Shown: piece after piece, positions 42,435-53,909 of the stretch
How positions within the stretch are numbered: the first letter of the stretch is position 1
Layout of the letters: each line of letters opens with the position of its first letter
Assembly: GCA_023334545.1 (NCBI GenBank)
Contig: JAADVB010000080.1
Coordinates: forward strand, 1 to 64,000
DNA: 64,000 nt
Direction: 5' to 3'
From: Salisapilia sapeloensis CBS 127946
Taxonomy: Eukaryota; Protista; Oomycota
Program-made: the position numbers and the translations under genes
Notes under the pieces: generated by a model
What the model saw: the letters and a program-made list of their open reading frames with translations, nothing else
Told to the model about the DNA's origin: nothing
Database searches by the model: none

Positions 42435-44476
42435 CTACTTGTTCCTCTTGGCATCCTTCTTGTTAAACCTCTTTCGACTCCCAGCAGAGTTGATATGGAC
42501 CGTCGGGTTCCCGCCAGCAAACTCCGAGTCTTCATACGGATTCTTATCTCGTCCCTTGCGCCCCTTTCGACCGTGTCGCTTCAGTCGCTTGCTCACCCCG
42601 GCCTTCTCTTCCACTGTCTCGAATGCCTCCATCTCCTCTACGTCTTCCTCGTCTTCCTCTACACTCTCTAGGATGGGTTCGTCCGACGGAAACTTTTCCT
42701 TGGCTAGTCGATGGATGTCGAAGGCGTCCGGATCAGCCGTCTCTGGCGGAGGGTGACAGTACAAGAGCTTTCCCTTGACGTAGTCTCTCAGCAAGTCTCT
42801 TGCTGCTCGAGACGTATCGGCTCCACCCTTACCAGTCGTCTTGTACCCGCGGTGCATCGCATATGCCTCAAGTAAAGTGTACACATCCACCGGATCCGTC
42901 TCTTTCGACGTCACGGGGATCTGGATCTTGATGCCATACGTCCGTTCGAACACACGCTTAGGGATACGCAGACACATGAGTTCGCATGGTCCGACGTGGT
43001 CTCGCAGCTGAGCAATCGGAAGAACACCGCAGCAGTACATCTCGGCCTTGCTACTGACAAAGCTAGGGAAGACGAGACCTGGGCAATCGCACAGCATAAT
43101 ACGATCGGACAAGATCATCGTCTGGAAGTGTTTTGTCTTGCCTGGTGTCGCACCCACTGCCACACGCTTCGTCTTGTGAGAGTACGTAGACGTACCGAGC
43201 AGAGCATTGATGACACTACTCTTACCGACGTTGGGGAAACCGACCATACCGAACTTGATCAGTCCATTATCCTTTTCTCGAATCCCCACCTGCCCTAGTG
43301 TCTCTCCTGCGATCTGCGTCATGTAGTCCAGTAGTTCTTCTCGGGAAAAAAGCGGGTACTTGCTGTCCACTGCAGACGTCGACTCCACTGGCTGCACAAC
43401 CTGTTCTTCCTCATCTTCGTCTTCCAACTGCTTGTACGCCGCGTCAATCTCTTCCTGAGATTTTTTAGCCGAAAAGAAGATAATGTCGGTCGTTTCGTTC
43501 GAAAAGTAGTCTCCCCACGCCTCTCGCTGTCGATCGTCTAGATAATCAGACTTGTTCACAATGAGCATCGTCCGGCGCTTGAACTCTCCTTCCTTAGCAT
43601 ACGCTTCCAGATCTTCCGATCTAGTGTATATGGTTAGATAGAAGCATTTCTTCTGCTCTAGGATGTTGCGTACCGGTAGAATAGAGGGTTTCGTGCATCG
43701 ACGATCTGAACGAGAATGTCACTGCGCTCTCGGACGTGCCACAGCTGCCGCCACACCTCCAAGTTCTTCTCGAAAGGAGTCACTTGGACATCGTCCCTTG
43801 ATTGTTCTCGTCTACATCAAGCGTTAGATGTGATACCCATATAGCTTTACGAGACAACGTACTCGGCAATCTCTCGACGCCACTCTAAGAAGCTCTCCTT
43901 CTCTCGCTGATTCAACTCTTCTGCAGACATGGAAGGCGTCCATGCAGGTCGACGAGGCACCTTGAGCTCTGCAAAGGTCATTTCCGGTACATGATTGCCG
44001 TATTTTCTAAAAACAGAGATGCGTGAGCTTTGCACGATACATGAATAGGTGCAAAATGCATACTCGACAAGCGTCGGGCCGTCCGGACCGTCGTTAATGA
44101 GCTTGACGTTGTCTCTGTTGGCAGTGAAATCACGATTGGCCATCACAGCATTCGTGAGGAAGTCATCCTATTCATCACTTGCAATTAGATGGATCAAATA
44201 AAAGGTATGTAACGTATAATTCGACTTACCAGAGAGGATCCTTCGAGGTAAGATGCTAGTGCGTTGCTTGCATCTCCTCCATCTCGTTCCGAAACGTGTT
44301 TGCCAGCACTAGAGAAGAAGAATATGCATAAGAACATACACTTTTCATAGTCTCTCGTGCATTAAATAGTACCTGGATGCAACATCACGTGTGTTGGTCG
44401 TGGAATAGTTCTTTTGCGTGCGGACGAGCGCCTTGCCCAGTCCGCCGGTGTTCACGCGCTTGCCGGAGCGTCCCAT
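42435..44476 (-). CDS. LSG1: Large subunit GTPase 1 (circularly permuted GTPase, 60S export), multi-exon
   Basis: MGRSGKRVNTGGLGKAL start, LKVPRRPAW, FLEWRR, VTPFEKNLEVWRQLWHVRERSDILVQIVDARNP, NKSD, GFPNVGKSS and DCPGLVFP. Confidence 0.94.
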
Positions 44477-45172
44477 TCTTTAGTTGTGACTCGTTTTGTT
44501 GGTTGAGAAGCTGCATACAAAACACAAGTCGGATTTGAAATCAGAAAAAGCCACATGGAAACTTACAGGAACAAGAAGACTGGAAAGCTATGCCGACATG
44601 GTAGAATGTGTAGCGAGTACGAGTTGCTAAAAAGGTTATTCACGCTGTATTTAAACAATGGATAATACACGTCTAAGTCTGGATGCTTCAATTTCGCTCT
44701 CTGGTTGATGCTGTTACTCTATCGAATGCAGTGGAGATACCTAGAGCTACCATGGAAAAAGTGGAGTCATACAGAAACATGAGACAATCGACACTGCATG
44801 ATGCATAAAAGAGAAATAGGATGCGTGGAATATAGCGCTTCTAATGTATCTGCACATGCTTCATGGAAGCAGCAACTGACGAACGATGGCAGAACTTTAT
44901 CACGTAGCCATAAAGCATCCATCGTATTACATTGCCATGATGATACACTAGTAGTGCATGGCAAGTTCCATGCTCCAGTAGCGTTACTCTACCATACAAT
45001 GATAATTTAACCAAAAGCCATGGACTTGCAGTCAAATACTTGGAGTAATGCTATCCGTTTCGCCCCTGATAAGAATCCATTTGCAACTGGATTAATCGTC
45101 GTTGTATCCGCAGGATAGGTTACCAGTCGTTACAAATACTAAAGATGATACTTTTAGCTGCACCTTTACGCG

Positions 45173-48100
45173 GTGCCAAGCAAAGAACGGCGAACAGAGT
45201 TGGAGCCTAGCGACCATATTCCCATGGTACGTCGACTAGGAGGCGAAAAGTACAAGATTGAATCGGAAAAAGAAGAGGATGAGTGCTTGACGAGTAAAGC
45301 CATTCCGGTGCCTTTATTAAGCAGGTCGCTACCATCTCTACCTGTTAATGAGACCACAGGAGAACTAGTTGATGGCAGTACTACAGATAGCAACTTGCCC
45401 ACATCACAAAATAACTTGATACGGATCAATGTCATGCTTCCTATTGCAAAGATGGAACCAGCTTCACGCGAAAACACTGCACCGACCACTCGACTCGATT
45501 TACAAGGAACGCAAACGATTTGTGGGCACAAAAAGGTGGCAACACCGTCCACACTTCATAAGCGTATTATCTCGAGGCGAAGCGAAAAGGAACTACAGGA
45601 AAAAGAGGCCTATGAACGACATCGCATTGCCAATCAGAACCGAAATGCTCTTCGAACGCCATGCAGAAGCCGTGTGCCAAAGCAAAATGTAAAATCCGTT
45701 GCTACTCTCGCGTCATGTATTCCGATCGGTGGCTACATGCCGGAAGATCCGTCCCTCCCAAGCAGTTTTCGGCAGTCCAAGCCAAAAGTATATCGATCTT
45801 CTTTCAATCCACAGGACACTCGTCGCCAACAGACAGAATGTGCCATCGTCAGTACGAATAATGCTATAGAACACAATGCATCAGATGTGGTAGAATCACG
45901 TAAAAGTCTTTCTCCACGACATAAAAACGGATATGGAAAGCAGGAGAAAGCAACTCTAGTATCACTGACTAACGTACAGCAGTACTCTACCTTCATGTTG
46001 GACTTTGACGAGTCCAACTGGATCCAAGAAGATGAGTCGGATGAGGAAGAAGTTCCGGAGGTTGATCCGAACAGACCGGTCTTCCAGATTCAGCTAACAT
46101 CGTGGAAAGCGTTAAGTGACGAAGAGAAAATGATGGAGTTAATTGCCGCTTCAAAATGTCGCTGCATTCACGAAGACGCCGAGCTCGATGGTGTTTATAT
46201 TCCATCCCAGCAGGACTTCACCAATCCCACGGACGTATCAGCACAACTAGGCGTTCGTTCATTCATGCGCTGGTTTAGCTCTAGTCATCGCAAGCGACAG
46301 CACATTCGAGAGCGCTTTCTCATGGAAGAGCTACTGTGTGCAGCTCGAGGCGATACAGTCGATACAGTCGATGAAGAGTACAGGGAAGCTGGACGCTTGT
46401 TACCAGACGAAGAGCATATTGGAAACAACACTAGTCAGGAATGGTACGACTTTACTACATGGTACTCGACAGGTCTATTACCTGACCAGGATACGCATGA
46501 TGTGGACGAGATAGCAGAGCTACAGTCGAATAGGCGTTGTAATCGCAAAGTATTTCTTGAGAGCCAGTTAGAGGTACTGGAAGACAATAAACGTCAACTG
46601 GATGAGCAGTATGCAAAGTATCCGCAGATGGGTCCACCCTCTCAAGTTTTTCTATTTGAAAAAGTCAAGATATGCGAACCAGATCCAGTGTTACTTTTGT
46701 CTGCTTACTTTAATTTGTCACCTGAGCTTCAGGAAAAGGAACTGACATTGGCAATATGCGATCCACTTGTTCAAATAGCAGCAGCAATGGAGAATATCGA
46801 CCTACCGGACGTCACAGGCTTAGTCATGGAGGAAGTGGATGTGCTCTTGTTGGCAGCCAACTTTCAAAAGTGGTGGAGTATCCCAGGCAATACACACAGA
46901 GCAGACTTTCTTGAGCGAGAGAGTGAACAGGCAGCAATGGATAGTCAGGTCCAGTCTGAACTTGCAAGTGAAAAGACTCCAGGAAAGGAGATAGAGTTTA
47001 AGGAAGCCTACTATAGTTCTCCAACTGCTCGATTAGGCTTCCTAACACGGATAATGCTTCGTCTGCGTAGACAGCAGCGAATAGAGCATCCGAGTGAGCT
47101 AGGAAAATTTCCAGTACCAACAATGTTTTATATCACCCCGCCACCAGTAGTCATGACCAATTGCAACCCTCAGGCGTTTGGGCACGCTCCACGCCGGACA
47201 GTTACTGTACAATCTAACATGCAGGTCCGACCAGGTGAATCGATCCAGTCGGATGTTGAGGAGGAACTGTTTGTCGACTCGGACAGCGAGTACAGTGAAT
47301 TCAATGACCGCGAAGTTGACAGTGAAGTCGAAGAAGATAGTCTTGCCTACTTGGAAGAAATAGAGCTGATGGCAGAGGAAGATGAGATGTCTGGAAAGCT
47401 AGGATTTGAAATTAAACAGGTCGTACTGGAGATTGTGAAGACACCAATCGTCTTCTATGATGAACCGAAAGTCATACCAGAGCCAGAAGAAGTGGAGGTG
47501 GAGGTGGATGAAGAAGTAGAAAACGAGCTGCAGCGTAGGTTGGAAGAGGAAAGGTTGCAGCGTCTTGCTGAAGAGAAGCGACTGGAGGAGGAACGAGCTA
47601 AGAAAGAGCATCTACGACTATTGTTGCTCAAGAAGAAGGAACAGGAAATGAAGAGAGCTCAAGAGATGAAGGAAGCTGAGAAGCAAAGGCGGTTGATGGA
47701 AGATCTCCAGAGACAAGAGGATCTGAGGCTCATGAGGATAGAAGAAGAAACGGAGAAGAAGAGGCTGGCGATGATGACAGAGGAGAGACTAAAGATGAAA
47801 AAGGAAGATCTGCTTGCTGCCAAATTGCGTTCTTACATGAACAAGTTGGAAAAGGAAGAGCAGCAGCAACAAGCTAAAAGTGTGCTTGCCATGACGGGTG
47901 AAGATGAATATTCACGACTACTCAACACATATCTGGATGACATGGAACAACAGGAACGCGCGCGAGCTGAATTCTTACGTGAGCTCTACACCGAGTTCGA
48001 TCCTTATTATCCCACCTCTCGCGAGTCTTCTGAGATATACTTACCATCGCTGAAGCGTCGGATCCGAGAGCAAGAGGAAAGGAAGCGTCGTGGACGAATT

Positions 48101-48469
48101 GATTATCCGGATGTACGTTGCAAAAGTCAGTACGAAGTGGAGCAAGAGCAGTATCTAGCGAGAGACTCTAGGAAATTTAAACAGTTGATGGGCCTGCCAC
48201 TCGTCACGAAAGAAGGCAAGAAGACACTAAAGCAACCGTCAGAGGTTGAGATAATAGAGGCACAGCGGGTAGCTCACGGTCTCGAGCCTCCCGTTGAACG
48301 AAAGGAAAGACGGAAACTGCCAGATCTGATGAAGTGGAAAACTTCTCGAAGCAAATACACCGTTCCAGTGAAAACACAGAAGAAGCAAGTCCAACAGGAA
48401 GAACCGCAAGCTCTGCCCTTTTTCCGTGGGAACATGCTCGTCAAAGGCCAAGGCAAGTCGAAGACGTAG
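45173..48469 (+). CDS. Large hypothetical protein (at least 1098 aa) with acidic tracts and a C-terminal E/K/R-rich coiled coil
   Basis: Uninterrupted 3.3 kb ORF with no recognised family. An acceptor at about 45157 suggests an upstream exon, possibly from ATG 45020. Confidence 0.7.
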   Translation: MPSKERRTELEPSDHIPMVRRLGGEKYKIESEKEEDECLTSKAIPVPLLSRSLPSLPVNETTGELVDGSTTDSNLPTSQNNLIRINVMLPIAKMEPASRENTAPTTRLDLQGTQTICGHKKVATPSTLHKRIISRRSEKELQEKEAYERHRIANQNRNALRTPCRSRVPKQNVKSVATLASCIPIGGYMPEDPSLPSSFRQSKPKVYRSSFNPQDTRRQQTECAIVSTNNAIEHNASDVVESRKSLSPRHKNGYGKQEKATLVSLTNVQQYSTFMLDFDESNWIQEDESDEEEVPEVDPNRPVFQIQLTSWKALSDEEKMMELIAASKCRCIHEDAELDGVYIPSQQDFTNPTDVSAQLGVRSFMRWFSSSHRKRQHIRERFLMEELLCAARGDTVDTVDEEYREAGRLLPDEEHIGNNTSQEWYDFTTWYSTGLLPDQDTHDVDEIAELQSNRRCNRKVFLESQLEVLEDNKRQLDEQYAKYPQMGPPSQVFLFEKVKICEPDPVLLLSAYFNLSPELQEKELTLAICDPLVQIAAAMENIDLPDVTGLVMEEVDVLLLAANFQKWWSIPGNTHRADFLERESEQAAMDSQVQSELASEKTPGKEIEFKEAYYSSPTARLGFLTRIMLRLRRQQRIEHPSELGKFPVPTMFYITPPPVVMTNCNPQAFGHAPRRTVTVQSNMQVRPGESIQSDVEEELFVDSDSEYSEFNDREVDSEVEEDSLAYLEEIELMAEEDEMSGKLGFEIKQVVLEIVKTPIVFYDEPKVIPEPEEVEVEVDEEVENELQRRLEEERLQRLAEEKRLEEERAKKEHLRLLLLKKKEQEMKRAQEMKEAEKQRRLMEDLQRQEDLRLMRIEEETEKKRLAMMTEERLKMKKEDLLAAKLRSYMNKLEKEEQQQQAKSVLAMTGEDEYSRLLNTYLDDMEQQERARAEFLRELYTEFDPYYPTSRESSEIYLPSLKRRIREQEERKRRGRIDYPDVRCKSQYEVEQEQYLARDSRKFKQLMGLPLVTKEGKKTLKQPSEVEIIEAQRVAHGLEPPVERKERRKLPDLMKWKTSRSKYTVPVKTQKKQVQQEEPQALPFFRGNMLVKGQGKSKT

Positions 48470-48490
48470 GGTCAAGGTATAACGTTCGTA

Positions 48491-50027
48491 TTAACTGCCC
48501 ATGGATACTTCTTCTGGCTCCACTATACTTTCACGAGCTTTCTGCAAGTGTGAAAACAGTCAGTACGGTCACCTGTATGCGTAAGTATGCTTCTAGCAAG
48601 CTACCTCGATAACCCGGTCGATATGGACACCACCGACACGAGCGTTGAATTGGAATAAGATCTTCGTCCAGCTGTCCGCCAGCGCTCGTTGTGGAGAGCA
48701 TCTTTGTAGGAACTCCATACCAGTCAGCACTGGTCTATCCTCATCCATATACCCTTGTTCGAATGCAAATTTCGCCAGATCCCCTTCACTCAGCTACACT
48801 CTACGATAAGGCTGTTGTCAAAAGATTGAAGATACGAAGTGTACCTCTTCTTGCTGTCGGAAAGTCTCGTCTGCATCAAATAGAGGAATGCCTTCTAGCG
48901 TCGTAAACTGGTTTTCCGAGTCGAGTCGAAGGACAATCGATGGTTTCTCGGTAAAGACAAAAAATCTACTGGTACTGGCATCCTTCCACACGAGTGCGAG
49001 TGGACTTAAGCCTAGTTCATAGTGTCCAGCCTTCATGTAGAACAAAAGTCCATCCCTAGTACCAGTTTAGCTACCTGCTTGACTTGTGCAGCATCACAAA
49101 TATGAATAGCATACTTGATAAAGGGAAACGGAGATGTGTATGCATGCCGAACGCCTGATTCATCGCATTCAAAGCACGGAATAGTCTGGTAAAGACTTTT
49201 AGTCAGGTACTCAGTATAAAAGTGATACAGCATACCTGGAAAGGGAACGGATTGGCCTTGGATCGAGTCGTTGCCGTCGTCTCACTCATCTTGTCCCGTA
49301 GCCAATACAGTCGGAACTCTGTTGTACAGTCGTAGAGCATGTATCCCTATCGTGCACGTTCACCATCAACAGAATGCCACTGTTTACTTGGAAGTATGAA
49401 ACTACCTTCCAGCACATGACATCAAGCACGTAAAATGTTCCATCATGCTCGTGGAAGATGCAATCTAATATGCAGTGGGCGCCATTCGCCTTGTTCGTCT
49501 TGTTCGATCCACTGGGTAGACCTGACGGGAACTTTTTAAAAATCGATCCAGACGGTAATCTGGCAACGGTCACTCCACTGCAAAGTCAATCATAAGTTAG
49601 ACAGGCAATAACATATACAAATCAAGAACGAATAGAGATACCTGTTCGCGACAACTAGACATCTCTTGCCTTCCGGTCGCGGTAGGACGTACCATCCATC
49701 ACCAATCATACTACCTTTCCCATTCAAACCATTCGGTACATCCACCATCCATTCAGGCACCATCAACTGTTTTGAAAAGTGATCTCGACGCTTTTTAATA
49801 CGCTCCTCTCTTGTCTTCTTTTTCGCCGTCGAAGTCGCCATCTCAGCATCGGATGCATCTGAAGCATCGACGTCAGGTTCAAGCGCTAAATTTCTTGTTT
49901 GTTCCGTCAAATCTCTCCGAGCCTGTCGCTGTTTTTGAAGCACCTTTTGTCTTCGTGAAGCAGCGTTGCTTTCCCATCGTTGCCGCTTGATCGGCGTCCG
50001 CTTCGCCATAATCTCTTTTGTTGTCAT
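48491..50027 (-). CDS. SNUPN: Snurportin-1 (m3G-cap-specific snRNP import adaptor), multi-exon
   Basis: IBB-like RRQKVLQKQRQARRDL, then QLMVPEWMVDVP, WYVLPRPEGKRCLVVA, CILDCIF, YVLDVMCW, EFRLYWL and GHYELGLSPL. Confidence 0.9.
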
Positions 50028-50066
50028 GTTAAGTGTCCGCTATTTTCCATCCTAAATATTCCTTCC

Positions 50067-50072
50067 GATTGG
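50067..50072. promoter_or_regulatory. CCAAT box in the 121-bp bidirectional SNUPN/CLP1 promoter
   Basis: GATTGG lies between the divergent ATGs at 50027 and 50149. Confidence 0.35.
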
Positions 50073-50148
50073 CCAGGAGGTATATATGTTTACACCTTGC
50101 CTAAAATTACGTATTGATTTACTGGGCGACAAGCAAAATTGACATCAA

Positions 50149-51552
50149 ATGACGGAGCAAGAGCAGGAAGTCGTGTTGGCACGCGAATGCGAGTATCGCC
50201 TTGAAGTAGGCCCGCAAGAAGTCGTTTACGTCACTCTCAAGAGCGGATCCGTCGAATTATTTGGTGTGGAGCTTGCAGTCGATCGTGAATATACCTTTCG
50301 GGACCGAAAGCTAGCTTTATTCACGTGGTACGGTGCTACACTGGCCGTAAAAGGCCATGCTGAAGTAGCGTATACGTCGGAAGAGACGCCTATGAATACA
50401 TACCTGAATATCCATGCTCAATTGCAACGCAGGAGAGAAACTGCAGCGGCCATGCAACGTGCTGGGCCAAGAGTACGTGATGACATAGCATAACAGCATT
50501 AAGTCAGCATACTAAATATCTTTTTTTTCTACAGGTGCTAATTGCTGGTCCGAACGACAGTGGCAAATCCACAACTTCTCGGATCCTTCTCAACTACGCT
50601 CTACGTCTAGGAGAGAAACCTACTCTCGTGACAACGGATGTCGGACAGAATCTCTTGAGCATCCCTGGCACGCTCTCTGCTTCTCCTCTCGACCTCCACT
50701 GTCTTAGTGTTGAGGAAGAGTTTATCTTGACGAACCCACTCGTCTACTATTTTGGTCATCCGACTATCACAGAAAACGTGGAGCTCTATCGACACCACTT
50801 GAACACCATTTCCTCTGCAGTTTGCCAGCGCTTAGACAAGGAAGCACAGGCGAATGCATCAGGTTGTATCGTCGACACGCCTGGATGGGTCGATGGCGAA
50901 GGCTACGACCTACTGATAGAAACGATCTCAGCTCTCTCCATCGACGTCGTGCTTGTCGTCGGTCAAGACCGGCTCTTCAGTCGGCTCCAGACATCTCTCA
51001 AAGAGAGCTCCAACACGAGTGTGGTCAAACTTCCTCGGTCTGGAGGTGTCGTGCCTGCCAACGCCAAGACCAGGTCGGAGCTTCGTAGTGGCAAGATCCG
51101 CGAGTACTTTTACGGCAAAGACTCGCTCATGCTTCCGATCCCGACGCACTCTCCTTGCGTCAAGGAAGTCTCTTTCTCCGAAGTAGACGTCTGGCAAGCG
51201 ATTGACATGAAAGTGAGCGAAGTCATGCTGCCAGTGGGTCAGACAGAGGAGAGTGAAGACCGACTACAAATGGTAAAGATGGACAAGACCACCGAGCTGA
51301 GTAATGCCATCTGCGGCGTACTACCAGAAAAGTCCTCCTCCGAACCATCCACGACATACATCAACTTGCCATCCGCTGGATTCGTCCTCGTGTACGAACT
51401 CTCTTTGGCATCATGTATACATCCATGTATTTATCTTTATGCATAGGAAAGAGGTCAAGATGTCGGAAGAAAAGCTGGTGCTTCTCGTACCATCTCCAGG
51501 CCCCCTTCCGTCTCGCAATCTAGTCCTAGGATCGATCAAATGGGTCGACTAA
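50149..51552 (+). CDS. CLP1: Polyribonucleotide 5'-hydroxyl kinase / pre-mRNA cleavage factor Clp1, 3 exons
   Basis: ECEYRLEV...GSVELFGVEL, KLALFTWYG, ETPMNTYLNIH, GPRVLIAGPNDSGKSTT, GCIVDTPGW, VVKLPRSGGVV and LVPSPGPLPS. Confidence 0.93.
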
Positions 51553-51578
51553 TTCCAAACATGCTTCCTTTATTGCTG

Positions 51579-53810
51579 TTAATAGGCCCAGTCCGGCTCC
51601 ATCCGGTTCTTTCGATACCAGTCTCCTCCGCCTACATCTAGCGCCTCGTCAAAGCTACCGGCTCTCGCGACGATCTGGATCACCCTGTCGTATAGCGCGA
51701 CGTTCATCTCAGCGTCCAGTCGACCTGTCATCTCGTCATAGAAGGACACGGCGCTCTTCCAGTCGTCATGCTTCGTGCACGAGTCAATCACGATCTCCAG
51801 CATATGCTGACGCAGCGTATCGGAGAAACCTTTCGGCATGCTCTCGTACAACTCGACCACTTCCTCATGATCGTCCTTTGCTCTAGCAGCCTTCAGCGCA
51901 AACATATTAAGCGCATCGGCTGGTAAGAACACTTGAGGCGTGTCGCCATTTCTCTTGGCATGTCCTCTCGTAACGATGTACTGGTCAAACAGTCGACGTA
52001 CTTCATCATATCTCTTGGCATTGTACGAAGTCTTCATCAAGAGCGTGAACCCGAATGTCGACGCAAGGTTCTTCCGTTCGCCCATCCAGTATAAATGGTT
52101 CTTCGCTCGATGATACTTGCCTGCAGCAATGTACGTCTCGAGCATGTGATTGTGTGCGACGGAGGATGCAACATGACCTCTCGAAGCGAATTTCACCATC
52201 AACGTTTCTGCCATTCCCACGTCTTTCGTCGCAGCACATGCTCTCAAAAGGAGATTTAGCATCTTGGCAGACCGCGCGCGTCTACGACAAATGTAGCTGT
52301 TGTTCCAGATGTGAAGAGCACGCTTATAGTCTCCAGATTCGATAAAGACATTCACAAGTGCTTCGTAGTTGTATCTGTCCAACACAATCGCTCTCTCCAA
52401 CGCTTCTTTCCAGTACACATCTGCTCGCGTGACATCCTTGTCAATCGAACAGCTCTCGAGAAGCTGACTCAGCGTATGGGACGTCCATGGTATCTCGAGT
52501 TCATCTCGTAGCTCCATCACATGCTTGATCCCGTCTAAATCCCGACTGCGCACCATGGCAGCCAGCAATGCGTTCATCGTGACTGAATCCGGCGTGATCC
52601 CCCGCTTCTGCATCTGCTCAAACGTCTTCATCGCTTCGTCTCCATCGCGACGCGTCGCATGGGACGAAATGAGCGTGTTGTAAGAGTACAAGTTTGGCGT
52701 CGTGTGCGTTTCCATGAGGTTAAAGATGACTGGAAGGAGAGTGGCATCAGAGCTCTTGGCACAGGCGGCTAGTGCCGAGTTGCATAGCTTGTCACCAGGA
52801 TACACACCGTCTTCCAAGAGCATGGAAAAGAGCTGGGACGCAGCCCAGTGCTTTCGATGGCGAGCACAAGTGATGATGGCAGACGCAAAGACGTTGCTCT
52901 TGTGCGCTAGATTACGGAAGCGGATGCTGGACAGTAGACCCTGGACTTCTTCCCACTCGTTCAAGCGGACGTGTGCCAAGACACCGGCGCCGTACGTTCG
53001 GTGGTTGGGCATGATGTTGTCCGAAATCATCTCATTCAGTAACTGCAAGGCCTCTGGAACGCTCGAGTATGGACCACGAGCACAAGCGTGGATGGCCGAT
53101 GTGTACGTGACGACGTCTGGCTTAATTTTGAAATGCTTGACGAGGTCTAGGACACTTAATGCGACCGTCGGGTTGCCCATGCGAGCGGAATTGGCGGCCG
53201 CGCGATTTAGTTCATTCAGCGTCGGCTCAAACTGGGACTCTAAAAACGTCCACGCTTCATCCGACTTGTCCATCATAAGCAACACGCGTGCGATGAGGAC
53301 CGCGTCCATTCGATTCCACTTGGTATCCTTATACGGGTACGTCGTCATGTACTACAGACACAAGCATCCAATTAGTCATTGCTACGCTCGAAGTTGTGAT
53401 ACATGCATGCAGCACTCCATCAGGCTGTACAGAGGTCTTTTAAAATAGATTTAAGAATGCATGTTTCGGTGGTACAAGTCTACCTCGGTGAGCTCTGGTG
53501 TCACGACGCCCCCAACTATGCCGTCCATGAGCAAAAGTCGAAAAGTAGATCGCTCCGTATCTTGCCACCATGGTTGCGTAGGTTTCTTCCCCTTGTCCTC
53601 AATCTCTTTCACGCGTGCTTTCCATTCCTCTGGCACCGTATCACGCTTCACCTCTAGTAGATGAAATCGACTCGGAGGCTGCTGCGCAGGTTGGTTCGGA
53701 ACGTTCGTCAATTTTTCACTCAAAGGCGTAGACGAGAGTGCTCTCTGTAATGTCCTAGAGGCAGCTAGTGGACGCCTTAGAATGCGCAACGTCGACAAGG
53801 TCATTGGCAT
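51579..53810 (-). CDS. Pentatricopeptide-repeat protein, probably mitochondrial, 3 exons
   Basis: PPR motifs PDVVTYTSAIHACAR, PNHRTYGA, PNLYSYNTLISSHA and PDSVTMNALLAAMV. The ORF at 53451-53861 supplies an Arg/Ser-rich presequence and is joined to the main ORF through two 51-nt introns flanking a small exon. Confidence 0.85.
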
Positions 53811-53909
53811 GTCCGCCAAGAGATTTACAGGCGCTTCTTGTTTTTGTGTTGTCTGGTACACGACCTTCGGAACGGTACATGATTACGTATTCTATCAATT
53901 CTATTCAAC

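Noticed and set aside
44500-45170. Short ORFs between LSG1 and the large orphan gene
   Set aside because: All are 70 aa or shorter with no motifs. The region is better explained as a divergent promoter plus possible 5' exons of the orphan.
53451-53861. Separate 136-aa gene
   Set aside because: It splices in frame to the PPR ORF through two 51-nt introns and encodes its targeting peptide.
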